A DNA stretch of 64,000 bases from an uncultured Holophagales bacterium. GTDB lineage: Bacteria; Acidobacteriota; Thermoanaerobaculia; UBA5066. A program made the position numbers and the translations under genes. Under the pieces are notes generated by a model. The model was not told the DNA's origin, did not search any database, and saw nothing but the letters and a program-made list of their open reading frames with translations. This document shows positions 9,121 to 18,231 of the stretch, piece after piece (position 1 is the stretch's first letter; every line of letters starts with the position of its first letter). Location of the stretch: assembly GCA_964384675.1 (NCBI GenBank), contig CAYLNK010000001.1, positions 5,518 to 69,517 on the forward strand, read 5' to 3'.

Positions 9121-10326
9121 ATGACGAAGACGCACGACGTCGTGGTCGTCGGCGGCGGGCTCGTCGGCCTCGCCACCGCGCGGGCCCTCCTCGAGGCGAG
9201 GCCCGGCCTCTCGCTGACGGTCCTCGAGGCCGAGGGGGGCGTCGCGCCCCACCAGTCCGGCCACAACAGCGGCGTCCTCCACTCCGGCCTCTACTACGTC
9301 CCCGGCTCGGCCAAGGCGCGGCTCTGCCTGGACGGGCGCGAGCGGATGGTCCGCTACTGCGCGGAGCGGGGGATCGCCCACGCGATCAGCGGCAAGCTCG
9401 TCGTGGCGACGCGGAGCGACGAGCTGTCGCGCCTCGACACGCTGGCCGAGCGTGCCGCGGCCAACGGGCTGGCGGGCGTGGCCCGCCTCGGCCCCGAGGG
9501 GATCCGCGAGCACGAGCCGCACGCCACGGGCCTCGCGGCGCTCTTCGTGCCCCAGGCCGGCGTCGTCGACTACACGGGCGCGGCTCGAGCGATGGCCCGC
9601 GAGATCGAACCCGCGGGCGGGACGGTACACACGGGCGCGCGGCTCCTCGGCCTCACGCGGGCGGAGGGCCACCTGGTCCTCGAGACGGAGGCGGGGGAGA
9701 TCCACGCGCGATTCCTGGTCGCCTGCGCGGGCCTGGAGGCCGACCGGGTCGCCCGCCTCGCCGGCCTCGAGCCCGAGGTCTCGATCGTGCCGTTCCGCGG
9801 CGACTACGTGGAGCTGGTGCCGGAGCGGCGCGAGCTGGTGCGCGCGCTCGTCTACCCCGTGCCCGACCCGCGCTTCCCGTTCCTGGGCGTGCACTTCACC
9901 CGGCGCGTCGACGGCCGGGTGGAGGTGGGGCCGAACGCCGTCGTGGCGTTCTCGCGCTCGACGTACTCCCGCGTCGCCCTGTCGCTCGACGACGCTCGCG
10001 AGACCCTCGCGTTCCCCGGCTTCTGGCGCTTCGTGGGACGGCACCTCGGCACCGCCGTCTCCGAGCTCCGGCGCGGCTTCTCCCCGGCCGAATTCGCCGC
10101 GGCGGCGCGGGAGCTGATCCCGGACCTCGGCGACGACGACCTGGTGCCGTCCGGCTGCGGGATCCGGGCCCAGGCGATGCGCGAGGACGGCGCTCTCGTC
10201 GACGACTTCGCGTTCGCCGAGGGGGAGTCGATGCTGCACGTCCTGAACGCGCCGTCCCCCGCCGCCACCGCGTGCCTGTCGATCGGCGAGGAGGTCGCCC
10301 GGTGGGTCGCCGCCCGGCTCACCTGA
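9121..10326 (+). CDS. lhgO: L-2-hydroxyglutarate oxidase/dehydrogenase.
   Basis: 401 aa. HDVVVVGGGLVGLATA...HQSGHNSGVLHSGLYY...FRGDYVEL...PSPAATACLSIGEEV aligns end-to-end with E. coli LhgO (YgaF). Confidence 0.9.
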   Translation: MTKTHDVVVVGGGLVGLATARALLEARPGLSLTVLEAEGGVAPHQSGHNSGVLHSGLYYVPGSAKARLCLDGRERMVRYCAERGIAHAISGKLVVATRSDELSRLDTLAERAAANGLAGVARLGPEGIREHEPHATGLAALFVPQAGVVDYTGAARAMAREIEPAGGTVHTGARLLGLTRAEGHLVLETEAGEIHARFLVACAGLEADRVARLAGLEPEVSIVPFRGDYVELVPERRELVRALVYPVPDPRFPFLGVHFTRRVDGRVEVGPNAVVAFSRSTYSRVALSLDDARETLAFPGFWRFVGRHLGTAVSELRRGFSPAEFAAAARELIPDLGDDDLVPSGCGIRAQAMREDGALVDDFAFAEGESMLHVLNAPSPAATACLSIGEEVARWVAARLT

Positions 10327-10367
10327 TAATCCGCCGCCGGATGAGAGAGAAGAGGAAGGGTATGGGT

Positions 10368-11513
10368 ATGAAGCGTATCGTCGTTCTCGGCTCGGGCCTG
10401 GTCGGCTCCCTGATGGCGAAGGACCTCGCCGCGGACGAACGGTTCGAGGTCGTCGCGGTCGACCGGAGCGAGGAGGCGCTGGGGCGCCTGGAGGCGGCGC
10501 GCCTCCCGCGGCTCTCGACGCGGCTGGCGGACCTGGCGTCGCCGATCGAGATCACCAAGATCATCGCCGGCGCCGACGTCGTCGTCGGCGCCGTCCCGGG
10601 CTTCCTGGGGCACCGGATGCTCCGCACCGTGATCGAGGCCAAGAAGCCGGTGGCCGACATCTCGTTCGCTCCCGAGGACCCGTTCGCGCTGGAGGCGCTG
10701 GCGGTGCAGCACGGCGTTCCGGTCGTCGTGGACTGCGGAGTCTCACCCGGCCTCTCGAACCTGGCCGCGGGACGCGCGGCGGCCCTCATCGAGGACCTCG
10801 ACCGCGTCCAGATCCTGGTGGGCGGCCTGCCGTTTCGCCGGGTCTGGCCGTACGAGTACCGGATCGTCTTCTCGGCGACCGACGTGATCGAGGAATACAC
10901 CCGCCCCGCGCGCGTTATCACCGACGGCGTGATGGTGACCAGGCCGGCCCTCTCCGAGGTCGAGACGTTCGACTTCCCGGTCGTCGGGACGCTCGAGGGC
11001 TTCCTGTCGGACGGCCTGCGGACCGTGCTGACGACCGTCCGCGCGCGGAACCTCGAGGAGAAGACGCTGCGGTACCCGGGGCACGCGGACCGGATGCGGA
11101 TGCTGCGCGAGACCGGCTTCTTCGGCGAGGAGCCGGTGGACGTGCGCGGGCTGCCCGTCGTCCCGCGCGCCCTCACCGAGAAGCTCCTCTTCTCGGCCTG
11201 GAAGCTCCCGCAGGGGGAGGAGGAGTTCACGGTGCTGCGCGTCGTGTGCGAGGGCCGGGCCGACGGCGTGAGGGTGCGCCGCACCTACGAGCTCTTCGAC
11301 CGGACCGACGCCGCCACCGGCACCTCGATGGCGCGCACCACCGGCTACCCGTGCACCATCGCCACCCGGCTCCTCGCCGACGGCGCGATCGTGAAGCCGG
11401 GGATCCACCCGCCCGAGCTGATCGGCCGCAACCCGATCCTGTACGTGGCGATGACGGAGGGGCTGGCCGCCAAGGGTGTGACGTTCACCGAACGGGCCGA
11501 GGAGATCGTCTGA
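10368..11513 (+). CDS. Saccharopine dehydrogenase family protein (NAD(P)-binding).
   Basis: MKRIVVLGSGLVGSLMAKDL... Rossmann N-terminus plus saccharopine-DH C-terminal domain. ATG 10368 is preceded by AGAGGAAGGG about 8 nt upstream. In-frame ATGs at 10341/10362 are alternatives. The upstream part of track ORF 9036..11513 is out-of-context overlap with lhgO. Confidence 0.8.
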   Translation: MKRIVVLGSGLVGSLMAKDLAADERFEVVAVDRSEEALGRLEAARLPRLSTRLADLASPIEITKIIAGADVVVGAVPGFLGHRMLRTVIEAKKPVADISFAPEDPFALEALAVQHGVPVVVDCGVSPGLSNLAAGRAAALIEDLDRVQILVGGLPFRRVWPYEYRIVFSATDVIEEYTRPARVITDGVMVTRPALSEVETFDFPVVGTLEGFLSDGLRTVLTTVRARNLEEKTLRYPGHADRMRMLRETGFFGEEPVDVRGLPVVPRALTEKLLFSAWKLPQGEEEFTVLRVVCEGRADGVRVRRTYELFDRTDAATGTSMARTTGYPCTIATRLLADGAIVKPGIHPPELIGRNPILYVAMTEGLAAKGVTFTERAEEIV

Positions 11514-11557
11514 AGGACGAGAAGCTCGGGAAGGACGGCAAGCCGAAGCCGCCGAAA

Positions 11558-13402
11558 GTGCAGCGGCTGAAGGCGATCCTGCCGGACGTCTGGGCGCTGG
11601 TGAAGCCGCGCCGTGGGCTCCTCGCGGCGGGGCTCGTCCTGATGGCGATCAACCGCGTCTCGGGGCTGGTGCTCCCGGCCTCCACGAAGTTCCTGATCGA
11701 CGATGTCATCGGGAAGCGCCGCACGGACCTCCTGGTGCCGATCCTCCTGGGCGTCGTCGCCGCGACGATCCTCCAGGGCGTCTCCTCGTTCACGCTCACC
11801 CAGATCCTCTCGAAGGCGGCCCAGCGCCTGATCACCGAGCTGCGCCAGAAGGTGCAGGCGCACCTGGGGCGCCTCCCGGTCGCGTACTACGACGAGAACA
11901 AGAGCGGCAACCTCGTCTCGCGCGTCATGAACGACGTCGAGGGAATCCGGAACCTGATCGGGACCGGACTCGTCGAGTTCCTCGGCGGCCTCCTCACCGC
12001 CGCCCTCGCGCTCGGCGTGCTGGTGAAGATCAGCCCGCCGCTCACGGCCCTGGCGTTCGGCGTCCTCGTGCTCTTCGGCGGCGTCGTCGCCAAGGCGTTC
12101 GCGTCGATCCGCCCGATCTTCGCCGAGCGCTGGAAGATCCAGGCCGAGGTCGTGGGACGCCTCACCGAATCGATCGGCGGGGTGCGCGTCGTGAAGGGGT
12201 ATCACGCGGAGGCGCGCGAGGAGAGCGTCTTCGCGAGCGGCGTGAAACGCCTCCTCGACAATGTCCTGAAGACCCTGACCGCGACCTCGGTGATGGGCCT
12301 CTCCTCGACGGTGCTCCTCGGCGTCGTCGGCGCCGCGGTGATGTTCCTCGGGGCGCGCCAGATCCTGGCGGGAAGCCTCACCCTGGGCGGTTTCTTCACC
12401 TACACGCTCTTCCTCGGTTTCCTGATCGCCCCGATCTTCCAGATCGTCTCGATCGGGACGCAGCTGACCGAGGCGTTCGTCGGCCTGGAGCGGACGCGCG
12501 AGATCCTGTCGGAGCGCCCCGAGGACGCCGACCCGCGCCGCACCGTGTCGCTCCCGCGCGTCGAGGGAGCGATCACGTTCGAGGACGTCTCGTTCTCCTA
12601 CGAGGCCGGGAAGGAGGTCCTGCACGGCGTCTCCTTCCGGGCCGAGCCCGGCACGGTCACGGCTCTGGTCGGGCCGTCGGGCTCCGGCAAGTCGACCATC
12701 ATCAGCCTGGTCGCGGCCTTCCACGACCCGAAGGGGGGCCGCATCACGGTGGACGGCGTCGACCTCGGGACGGTGAAGCTCGACTCGTACCGCTCGGCGC
12801 TGGGCGTCGTCCTGCAGGAGACGTTCCTCTTCGACGGCACGATCCGCGAGAACGTGGCGTTCGCGCGTCCCGAGGCCACCGAGGAGCAGGTCCTCGAGGC
12901 GTGCCGGATCGCGCGCGTCGACGAGTTCGCCGAGGGCTTCGAGAAGAAGTACGACACGATCGTCGGCGAGCGAGGCGTGAAGCTCTCGGGCGGGCAGCGG
13001 CAGCGCGTCTCGATCGCCCGGGCGATCCTGGCGAGCCCGCGAATCCTCATCCTGGACGAGGCCACCTCCAGCCTGGACTCGGAGTCCGAGGCGCTCATCC
13101 AGGCCGGCCTCTCGTACCTGATGAAGGGACGCACCACGTTCGTCATCGCGCACCGCCTCTCGACGATCCGTCGAGCCGACCAGATCCTCGTCGTGGAGAA
13201 GGGGCTGATCGCCGAGCGCGGGACCCACCCCGAGCTGTACGCGGCGGCCGGCCGCTACCGGGAGATGTACGACCGCCAGTACGAGGTGGAGTCGAACCTC
13301 TTCCTCGCGCCGGGCGAGGGGGATGCCGTCCCGGAGCCGGAAGCCGACGAGAAGAAGGCGGCCGAGCCGGTGATCAGCGCGGCCGCCATGCTGGGGCGCT
13401 GA
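11558..13402 (+). CDS. ABC exporter, fused permease/ATP-binding protein (MsbA-like).
   Basis: Six predicted TM segments, then Walker A GPSGSGKST, signature LSGGQRQRVSIARA and Walker B ILILDEATS. I propose a GTG start (MQRLKAILPDVWALVKPRRG...), typical of the ABC-exporter N-terminus. There is no canonical start between the upstream stop (11513) and this GTG in frame, so the start is uncertain. Confidence 0.8.
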   Translation: MQRLKAILPDVWALVKPRRGLLAAGLVLMAINRVSGLVLPASTKFLIDDVIGKRRTDLLVPILLGVVAATILQGVSSFTLTQILSKAAQRLITELRQKVQAHLGRLPVAYYDENKSGNLVSRVMNDVEGIRNLIGTGLVEFLGGLLTAALALGVLVKISPPLTALAFGVLVLFGGVVAKAFASIRPIFAERWKIQAEVVGRLTESIGGVRVVKGYHAEAREESVFASGVKRLLDNVLKTLTATSVMGLSSTVLLGVVGAAVMFLGARQILAGSLTLGGFFTYTLFLGFLIAPIFQIVSIGTQLTEAFVGLERTREILSERPEDADPRRTVSLPRVEGAITFEDVSFSYEAGKEVLHGVSFRAEPGTVTALVGPSGSGKSTIISLVAAFHDPKGGRITVDGVDLGTVKLDSYRSALGVVLQETFLFDGTIRENVAFARPEATEEQVLEACRIARVDEFAEGFEKKYDTIVGERGVKLSGGQRQRVSIARAILASPRILILDEATSSLDSESEALIQAGLSYLMKGRTTFVIAHRLSTIRRADQILVVEKGLIAERGTHPELYAAAGRYREMYDRQYEVESNLFLAPGEGDAVPEPEADEKKAAEPVISAAAMLGR

Positions 13403-13474
13403 AGGGGCGACGGGAAGGGACCGTCCAGGCCGCTCGGGGTCGCGCCCGATCCTCCCCACGCGGCGCGGCCAGAT

Positions 13475-13488
13475 CGTTTGACCTCAAA
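13475..13488. promoter_or_regulatory. AT-rich palindromic motif cGTTTGAccTCAAAt, copy 1 of 3; putative operator about 90 nt upstream of the sps start.
   Basis: GTTTGA-CC-TCAAA(t) is an inverted repeat, AT-rich in a ~70% GC genome. It sits in the 171-nt intergenic region upstream of sps-susy. Near-identical copies are at 32279 and 35171. Confidence 0.4.
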
Positions 13489-13573
13489 TGAAATGGGCGC
13501 TAGCCTCTTCGGCGATGGAGGCGACCCACGGGGAGAGCGCCCGCCGGAATGAGCCGTCGCGGATCGGCGCCGC

Positions 13574-15745
13574 GTGACGTCCCGCGCGCTCCCCCCGCTC
13601 CGGATCCTGCTGCTGAGCGTGCACGGTCTGGTTCGGGGCCGTGAGCCGGAGCTGGGCCGCGACGCCGACACGGGCGGGCAGATCACCTACGTGCTCGAGC
13701 TCTCCCGGGCGCTGGGTCGACACCCGCGTGTGGCGCACGTCGACCTCGTCACCCGGCTGATCGAGGACGAGCGTCTCTCGGCCGACTACGCGCGGCCGTT
13801 CGAGGAGCTCGGGCCCCGCGCCCGCCTGGTCCGGCTCCCGTTCGGTCCCCGGCGCTACCTCCGGAAGGAGGTGCTCTGGCCGCACCTCGGGCAGCTCGTC
13901 GACCGATGCCTCGACTTCCTGCGCGAGCAGCCGACGCTGCCCGACGTCATCCACACCCACTACGCCGATGCCGGATGGGTGGGGAAGGAGCTGTCGCACC
14001 TCCTGGGGGTGCCTCTGGTCCACACCGGGCATTCGCTCGGACGCTGCAAGAAGAAACGGATGCTCGATGCCGGCCGGGCGGACGGAGCCCTGGAGAGGCA
14101 GTTCAGCTTCAGGCGCCGGTTCGCGGCGGAGGAGGAGGCCCTCGAGCAGGCCTCACTGGTCGTCGCCTCGACCCAGGACGAGGTGAGCCAGCAGTACGCG
14201 CTCTACGAGGCGTTCCAGCCGCGGCGTTGCACCGTCATCCCTCCCGGCGTCGACACGTCCCGCTTCCGCCCGCCCCAGGGTCGCGGCTCTCGGGGTCTGC
14301 CGTGGATCGACCGGTTCCTGTCCGAGCCCGACAAGCCGCTCCTCGTCGCGGTCGCTCGCCCCGCGCCGAAGAAGAACCTGTCGACCCTCGTCGCGGCGTA
14401 CGGAGAGGACCCCGAGCTCCAGGCGATGGCGAACCTGGCCGTCGTGGCGGGGACCCGGGACGACCTGACGCAGGCGGAGGAGCCGGCTCGCGGCGTGCTC
14501 CTCGAGCTCCTTCTCCTGATGGACGGGTACGACCTGTACGGCCACCTGGCGCTGCCGAAGCGACATGGGATGCGGGACGTTCCCGAGCTGTACCGGCTGG
14601 CGGCCGAAAGGGGTGGGATCCTCGTGAACCCCGCCCTCACGGAGCCTTTCGGGCTGACGCTCCTGGAGGCGGCGGCGAGCGGCTTGCCCGTCGTCGCGAC
14701 GCGGGAGGGCGGACCGCGGGAGATCGTCGCGAACTGCCGGAACGGGCTTCTGGTCGACCCCCTGGACCGGGAGGGCCTGCAGGCCGCGCTCAAGGACGCG
14801 CTCTCCGACGAAGTGCGCTGGCGCCGCTGGGCCCGGAACGGGTTGAAGGGGGTGCAGCGAACGTATACCTGGGACGGCCACGTCGAGAGCTATCTGAAGG
14901 CCTCCGATCGCGTGCTCCTGCGGGAGAGGAAGAGGGCTCGCCGGCGCGCCCACGCCGGAATCGGCCGCGCGGCCGCGGCGTGCCTCGTCGGAGCGGACCT
15001 CGTCCTCCTCACGGACATCGACGAGACCCTCCTCGGCGACGAGAAGGGTCTGGAGACCCTTCTCGACTGGCGGAGACGGGAGCAGGCCCGGGTGGTGTTC
15101 GGGGTCGCGACCGGCCGCACGCTCCGGCGTGCCCTCGCGATCCTCGAGGAGTGGAAGGTGCCGGCGCCCGACCTCCTGATCACGTCCGTCGGAACCGAGA
15201 TCCACTACGGACCCGACCTCGTTCCCGACGACAGCTGGACCAGGCACATCCGCCACCTCTGGCGACGGGACGCCATCGCGGGCGCGCTCGCGGGGACGGC
15301 GGGCCTCGAGCCGCAGGCCGACGAGAACCAGGGGGAGCTCAAGCTCAGCTACAACGTGGACGCGGCGCGCATGCCCTCCGTGGAGCGCCTGTACACGAGG
15401 CTGCGCGAGCGCGATCTCCTGGCTCGCCTCGTCTATTCGCAGGGCAAGTACCTGGACGTGATCCCGCTCCGGGCCGGCAAGGGACAGGCGCTCCGGTACC
15501 TGGCGTACCGGGAGAGCCTTTCTCCGCGCCAGTTCGTCGTCGCCGGGGACTCCGGAAACGACGCCGACATGCTCCTCGGTGACACCCGGGCGGTCGTGGT
15601 GGGCAACTACAAGGCGGAGCTCGAGCCCCTCCGCGGAAGCGAGCAGGTCTACTTCGCGTCGCAGCGGTACGCGCGCGGGATCCTGGAGGGACTGTCGTTC
15701 TACGGGGTCCTGGGATCGCCCGTGGAAGGTTGGGTGGCTCCGTGA
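13574..15745 (+). CDS. sps: Sucrose-phosphate synthase (GT4 domain) with a C-terminal sucrose-phosphatase-like HAD domain.
   Basis: 723 aa. The N-terminus LRILLLSVHGLVRGREPELGRDADTGGQITYVLEL and ...LTEPFGLTLLEAAASGLPVVATREGGP are characteristic of SPS. The C-terminus carries HAD motifs DIDETLLGD and GDSGNDADML (SPP-like). GTG start at 13574. Confidence 0.9.
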   Translation: MTSRALPPLRILLLSVHGLVRGREPELGRDADTGGQITYVLELSRALGRHPRVAHVDLVTRLIEDERLSADYARPFEELGPRARLVRLPFGPRRYLRKEVLWPHLGQLVDRCLDFLREQPTLPDVIHTHYADAGWVGKELSHLLGVPLVHTGHSLGRCKKKRMLDAGRADGALERQFSFRRRFAAEEEALEQASLVVASTQDEVSQQYALYEAFQPRRCTVIPPGVDTSRFRPPQGRGSRGLPWIDRFLSEPDKPLLVAVARPAPKKNLSTLVAAYGEDPELQAMANLAVVAGTRDDLTQAEEPARGVLLELLLLMDGYDLYGHLALPKRHGMRDVPELYRLAAERGGILVNPALTEPFGLTLLEAAASGLPVVATREGGPREIVANCRNGLLVDPLDREGLQAALKDALSDEVRWRRWARNGLKGVQRTYTWDGHVESYLKASDRVLLRERKRARRRAHAGIGRAAAACLVGADLVLLTDIDETLLGDEKGLETLLDWRRREQARVVFGVATGRTLRRALAILEEWKVPAPDLLITSVGTEIHYGPDLVPDDSWTRHIRHLWRRDAIAGALAGTAGLEPQADENQGELKLSYNVDAARMPSVERLYTRLRERDLLARLVYSQGKYLDVIPLRAGKGQALRYLAYRESLSPRQFVVAGDSGNDADMLLGDTRAVVVGNYKAELEPLRGSEQVYFASQRYARGILEGLSFYGVLGSPVEGWVAP

Positions 15746-18135
15746 TCGAGCCGCTGAGACGTTTCGCCGCCGAGCACCGCGACGCGTTCACCCAGCTCCT
15801 GGAAGGGCTCTTCGAGCCGGGCCGGCCGGTCCTCCTGCGGTCGGATCTCCTGCGGGCCTTCAGGACCGTCGAGCACGAGTACGCCCGCTGCGCCCTGGGC
15901 GGGACGGCGCTCCACGGTCTCGTGACGCGGGGGCAGGAGGTTCTCCTCAAGAGTCCCTGGGCGCTCTTCGCGCTGCGCGAGGCCGTCGGCCGCTGGCACT
16001 ACGTCCGCGTGCACCGGGAGAACCTCGTCCCGGAGCCGATCACCGCGACCGAGTTCCTCCGTTTCAAGGAGCACCTGGTCCTGTCGCCGGACGACGAGGC
16101 CTTCGAGCCGCTCGAGCTCGACTTCGCCCCGTTCGAGCGCGGCTTCCCGAAGCTGACCGAGGCGCGCTCGATCGGTCAGGGAGTCGCCTTCCTGAATCGG
16201 AAGCTGTCGAGCGACCTCTTCACCGACGGCGGTGAGGGACGGGAGAGGCTCCACGACTTCCTCGGCCTTCACGCGATAGACGGGCAGAGCCTGCTCCTGC
16301 TCGGGCCGTTCCCCTCCGTGTCGGAGCTGCAGGAAGCGCTCCGGGCCGCCCGGGAGGTGCTGGAGGGGCTCGATCCCGTGCTGCCGTGGGCCGAGGTGGC
16401 GGACCGGCTGGCCGGCCGCGGCTTCGCCCCGGGCTGGGGAGACACGGCGGGGCGGGCCGCCGAGACGATGGCGTTGCTCGTGGACCTCCTCGAAGCGCCG
16501 TCGCCCGACGCGCTGGAGCGATTCCTGGCCCGGATCCCGATGATCTCCCGTCTCCTCGTGCTGTCGCCGCACGGCTTCTTCGGCCAGGACGACGTGCTGG
16601 GACTGCCCGACACGGGCGGCCAGGTGGTCTACGTCCTCGACCAGGTGCGCGCGCTCGAGCGGGAGATGCGCGAGCGGCTCGCCCGCCAGGGCGTGGCCGT
16701 GGAGCCCCAGATCGTCATCGTGACGCGCCTGATCCCGGAGTCTCGCGGCACGACCTGCCACGAGCCGCTCGAGCGGGTCGCGGGCTGCCTGAGCACGCGG
16801 ATCCTGCGGGTCCCGTTCAGGAGGAGGAGCGGCGAGGTGGTCCGCCATTGGATCTCCCGCTTCGAAGTGTGGCCGTACCTGGAGCGCTTCGCGCGGGAGG
16901 TGGAGAACGAGGTGATCGCCGAGCTCGGAGGTCGGCCCGACCTGGTGGTCGGGAACTACTCCGACGGCAACCTCGTGGCGACGCTCATCGCCCAGCGCCT
17001 CGGGGTCACGCTGTGCACCATCGCGCACGCGCTCGAGAAGACCAAGTACCTGCTCTCCGCCCTCCACTGGAAGGAGATGGAGCCGCAGTACCACTTCTCC
17101 TGCCAGTACACGGCCGACCTCGTCGCCATGAACGCCTCGGACTTCATCATCGCCAGCACCTACCAGGAGATCGCCGGTACCGCCGACGCGGTGGGTCAGT
17201 ACGAGAGCTACCAGACGTTCACGATGCCCGGGCTGTATCGTGTCCGGGACGGCATCGACGTCTTCGACCCGAAGTTCAACGTCGTCTCGCCCGGCGCGGA
17301 CGCCGACGTCTACTTCTCGTTCCGCGAGGCCGACCGGCGTCTGCGCGGGCTGACGTCCCGCATCGAGGAGCTGGTCCTCGGGCACGACGCTTCCGGCGAC
17401 TGCCGGGGCGCGCTCGACGCGCCGGGCAAGCCGATCGTCTTCACCATGGCCCGGCTCGACCGGATCAAGAACCTCACCGGTCTCGTCGACTGGTACGGCG
17501 CCTCGCCGAGGCTCCGCTCTCTCGCCAACCTGCTGGTCGTCGGGGGGAGCATCTCCCCGGACGCCAGCGGGGATCGGGAGGAACGTGAGCAGTGCGAGCG
17601 GATGCACGAGCTCTTCGAGCGCCACGGTCTCGACGGGCAGGTGCGCTGGGTCGGGAAGCGGCTCCCGAAGCTGCTGGCCGGGGAGCTGTACCGGTGGATC
17701 GCGGACCGGCGGGGCGTCTTCGCTCAGCCCGCGCACTTCGAGGCCTTCGGCCTGACCGTGATCGAGGCGATGGCGTCGGGGCTGCCCATGTTCGCGACGT
17801 GCTACGGCGGGCCGTCCGAGATCGTCCAGCAAGGCCGGTCCGGCTTCCTCCTCGACCCGGACCGGGGTGCGGAGGCCGCCGACCAGATCGCCGCCTTCCT
17901 GGAGGACTGCGCCGCCGACCCGGCGAAGTGGGACCTCCTGTCCGCCGGCGCCCGGGCGCGGGTCGAGGAGCGGTACACGTGGAAGCGGTACGCCGAGCGG
18001 ATGATGACCCTCTCTCGCATCTACGGGTTCTGGAAGTTCGTGAGCCGCCTCGAACGGCAGGAGACGGTCCGGTACCTCGAGATGTTCCACCGGCTGCAGC
18101 TGCGACCCCTCGCGGCGGCCGTCCTCGAGTCGTGA
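15742..18135 (+). CDS. susA: Sucrose synthase.
   Basis: About 798 aa. LVLSPHGFFGQDDVLGLPDTGGQVVYVLDQVRALE...HFEAFGLTVIEAMASGLPMFATCYGGPSEIV is diagnostic of SuSy. GTG 15742 overlaps the sps stop TGA 15743-15745 (GTGA overlap). TTG 15730 is an alternative start. Confidence 0.9.
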   Translation: MIEPLRRFAAEHRDAFTQLLEGLFEPGRPVLLRSDLLRAFRTVEHEYARCALGGTALHGLVTRGQEVLLKSPWALFALREAVGRWHYVRVHRENLVPEPITATEFLRFKEHLVLSPDDEAFEPLELDFAPFERGFPKLTEARSIGQGVAFLNRKLSSDLFTDGGEGRERLHDFLGLHAIDGQSLLLLGPFPSVSELQEALRAAREVLEGLDPVLPWAEVADRLAGRGFAPGWGDTAGRAAETMALLVDLLEAPSPDALERFLARIPMISRLLVLSPHGFFGQDDVLGLPDTGGQVVYVLDQVRALEREMRERLARQGVAVEPQIVIVTRLIPESRGTTCHEPLERVAGCLSTRILRVPFRRRSGEVVRHWISRFEVWPYLERFAREVENEVIAELGGRPDLVVGNYSDGNLVATLIAQRLGVTLCTIAHALEKTKYLLSALHWKEMEPQYHFSCQYTADLVAMNASDFIIASTYQEIAGTADAVGQYESYQTFTMPGLYRVRDGIDVFDPKFNVVSPGADADVYFSFREADRRLRGLTSRIEELVLGHDASGDCRGALDAPGKPIVFTMARLDRIKNLTGLVDWYGASPRLRSLANLLVVGGSISPDASGDREEREQCERMHELFERHGLDGQVRWVGKRLPKLLAGELYRWIADRRGVFAQPAHFEAFGLTVIEAMASGLPMFATCYGGPSEIVQQGRSGFLLDPDRGAEAADQIAAFLEDCAADPAKWDLLSAGARARVEERYTWKRYAERMMTLSRIYGFWKFVSRLERQETVRYLEMFHRLQLRPLAAAVLES

Positions 18136-18231
18136 GGAAGCCGGCGCGGGCCCTGGGGCGGGGCGAGGTCGAGGTGGACGATCACTGACGAGCCTCGAGC
18201 CGCGGCAGTAGCCACGGGTGCCGCGGCGGCC

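Noticed and set aside
13488-13577. 29-codon uORF (MKWALASSAMEATHGESARRNEPSRIGAA*) beginning right after palindrome copy (a) and ending in GTGA overlap with the sps start.
   Set aside because: No Shine-Dalgarno. It is very short. It may be coincidental, though a leader peptide is not excluded.
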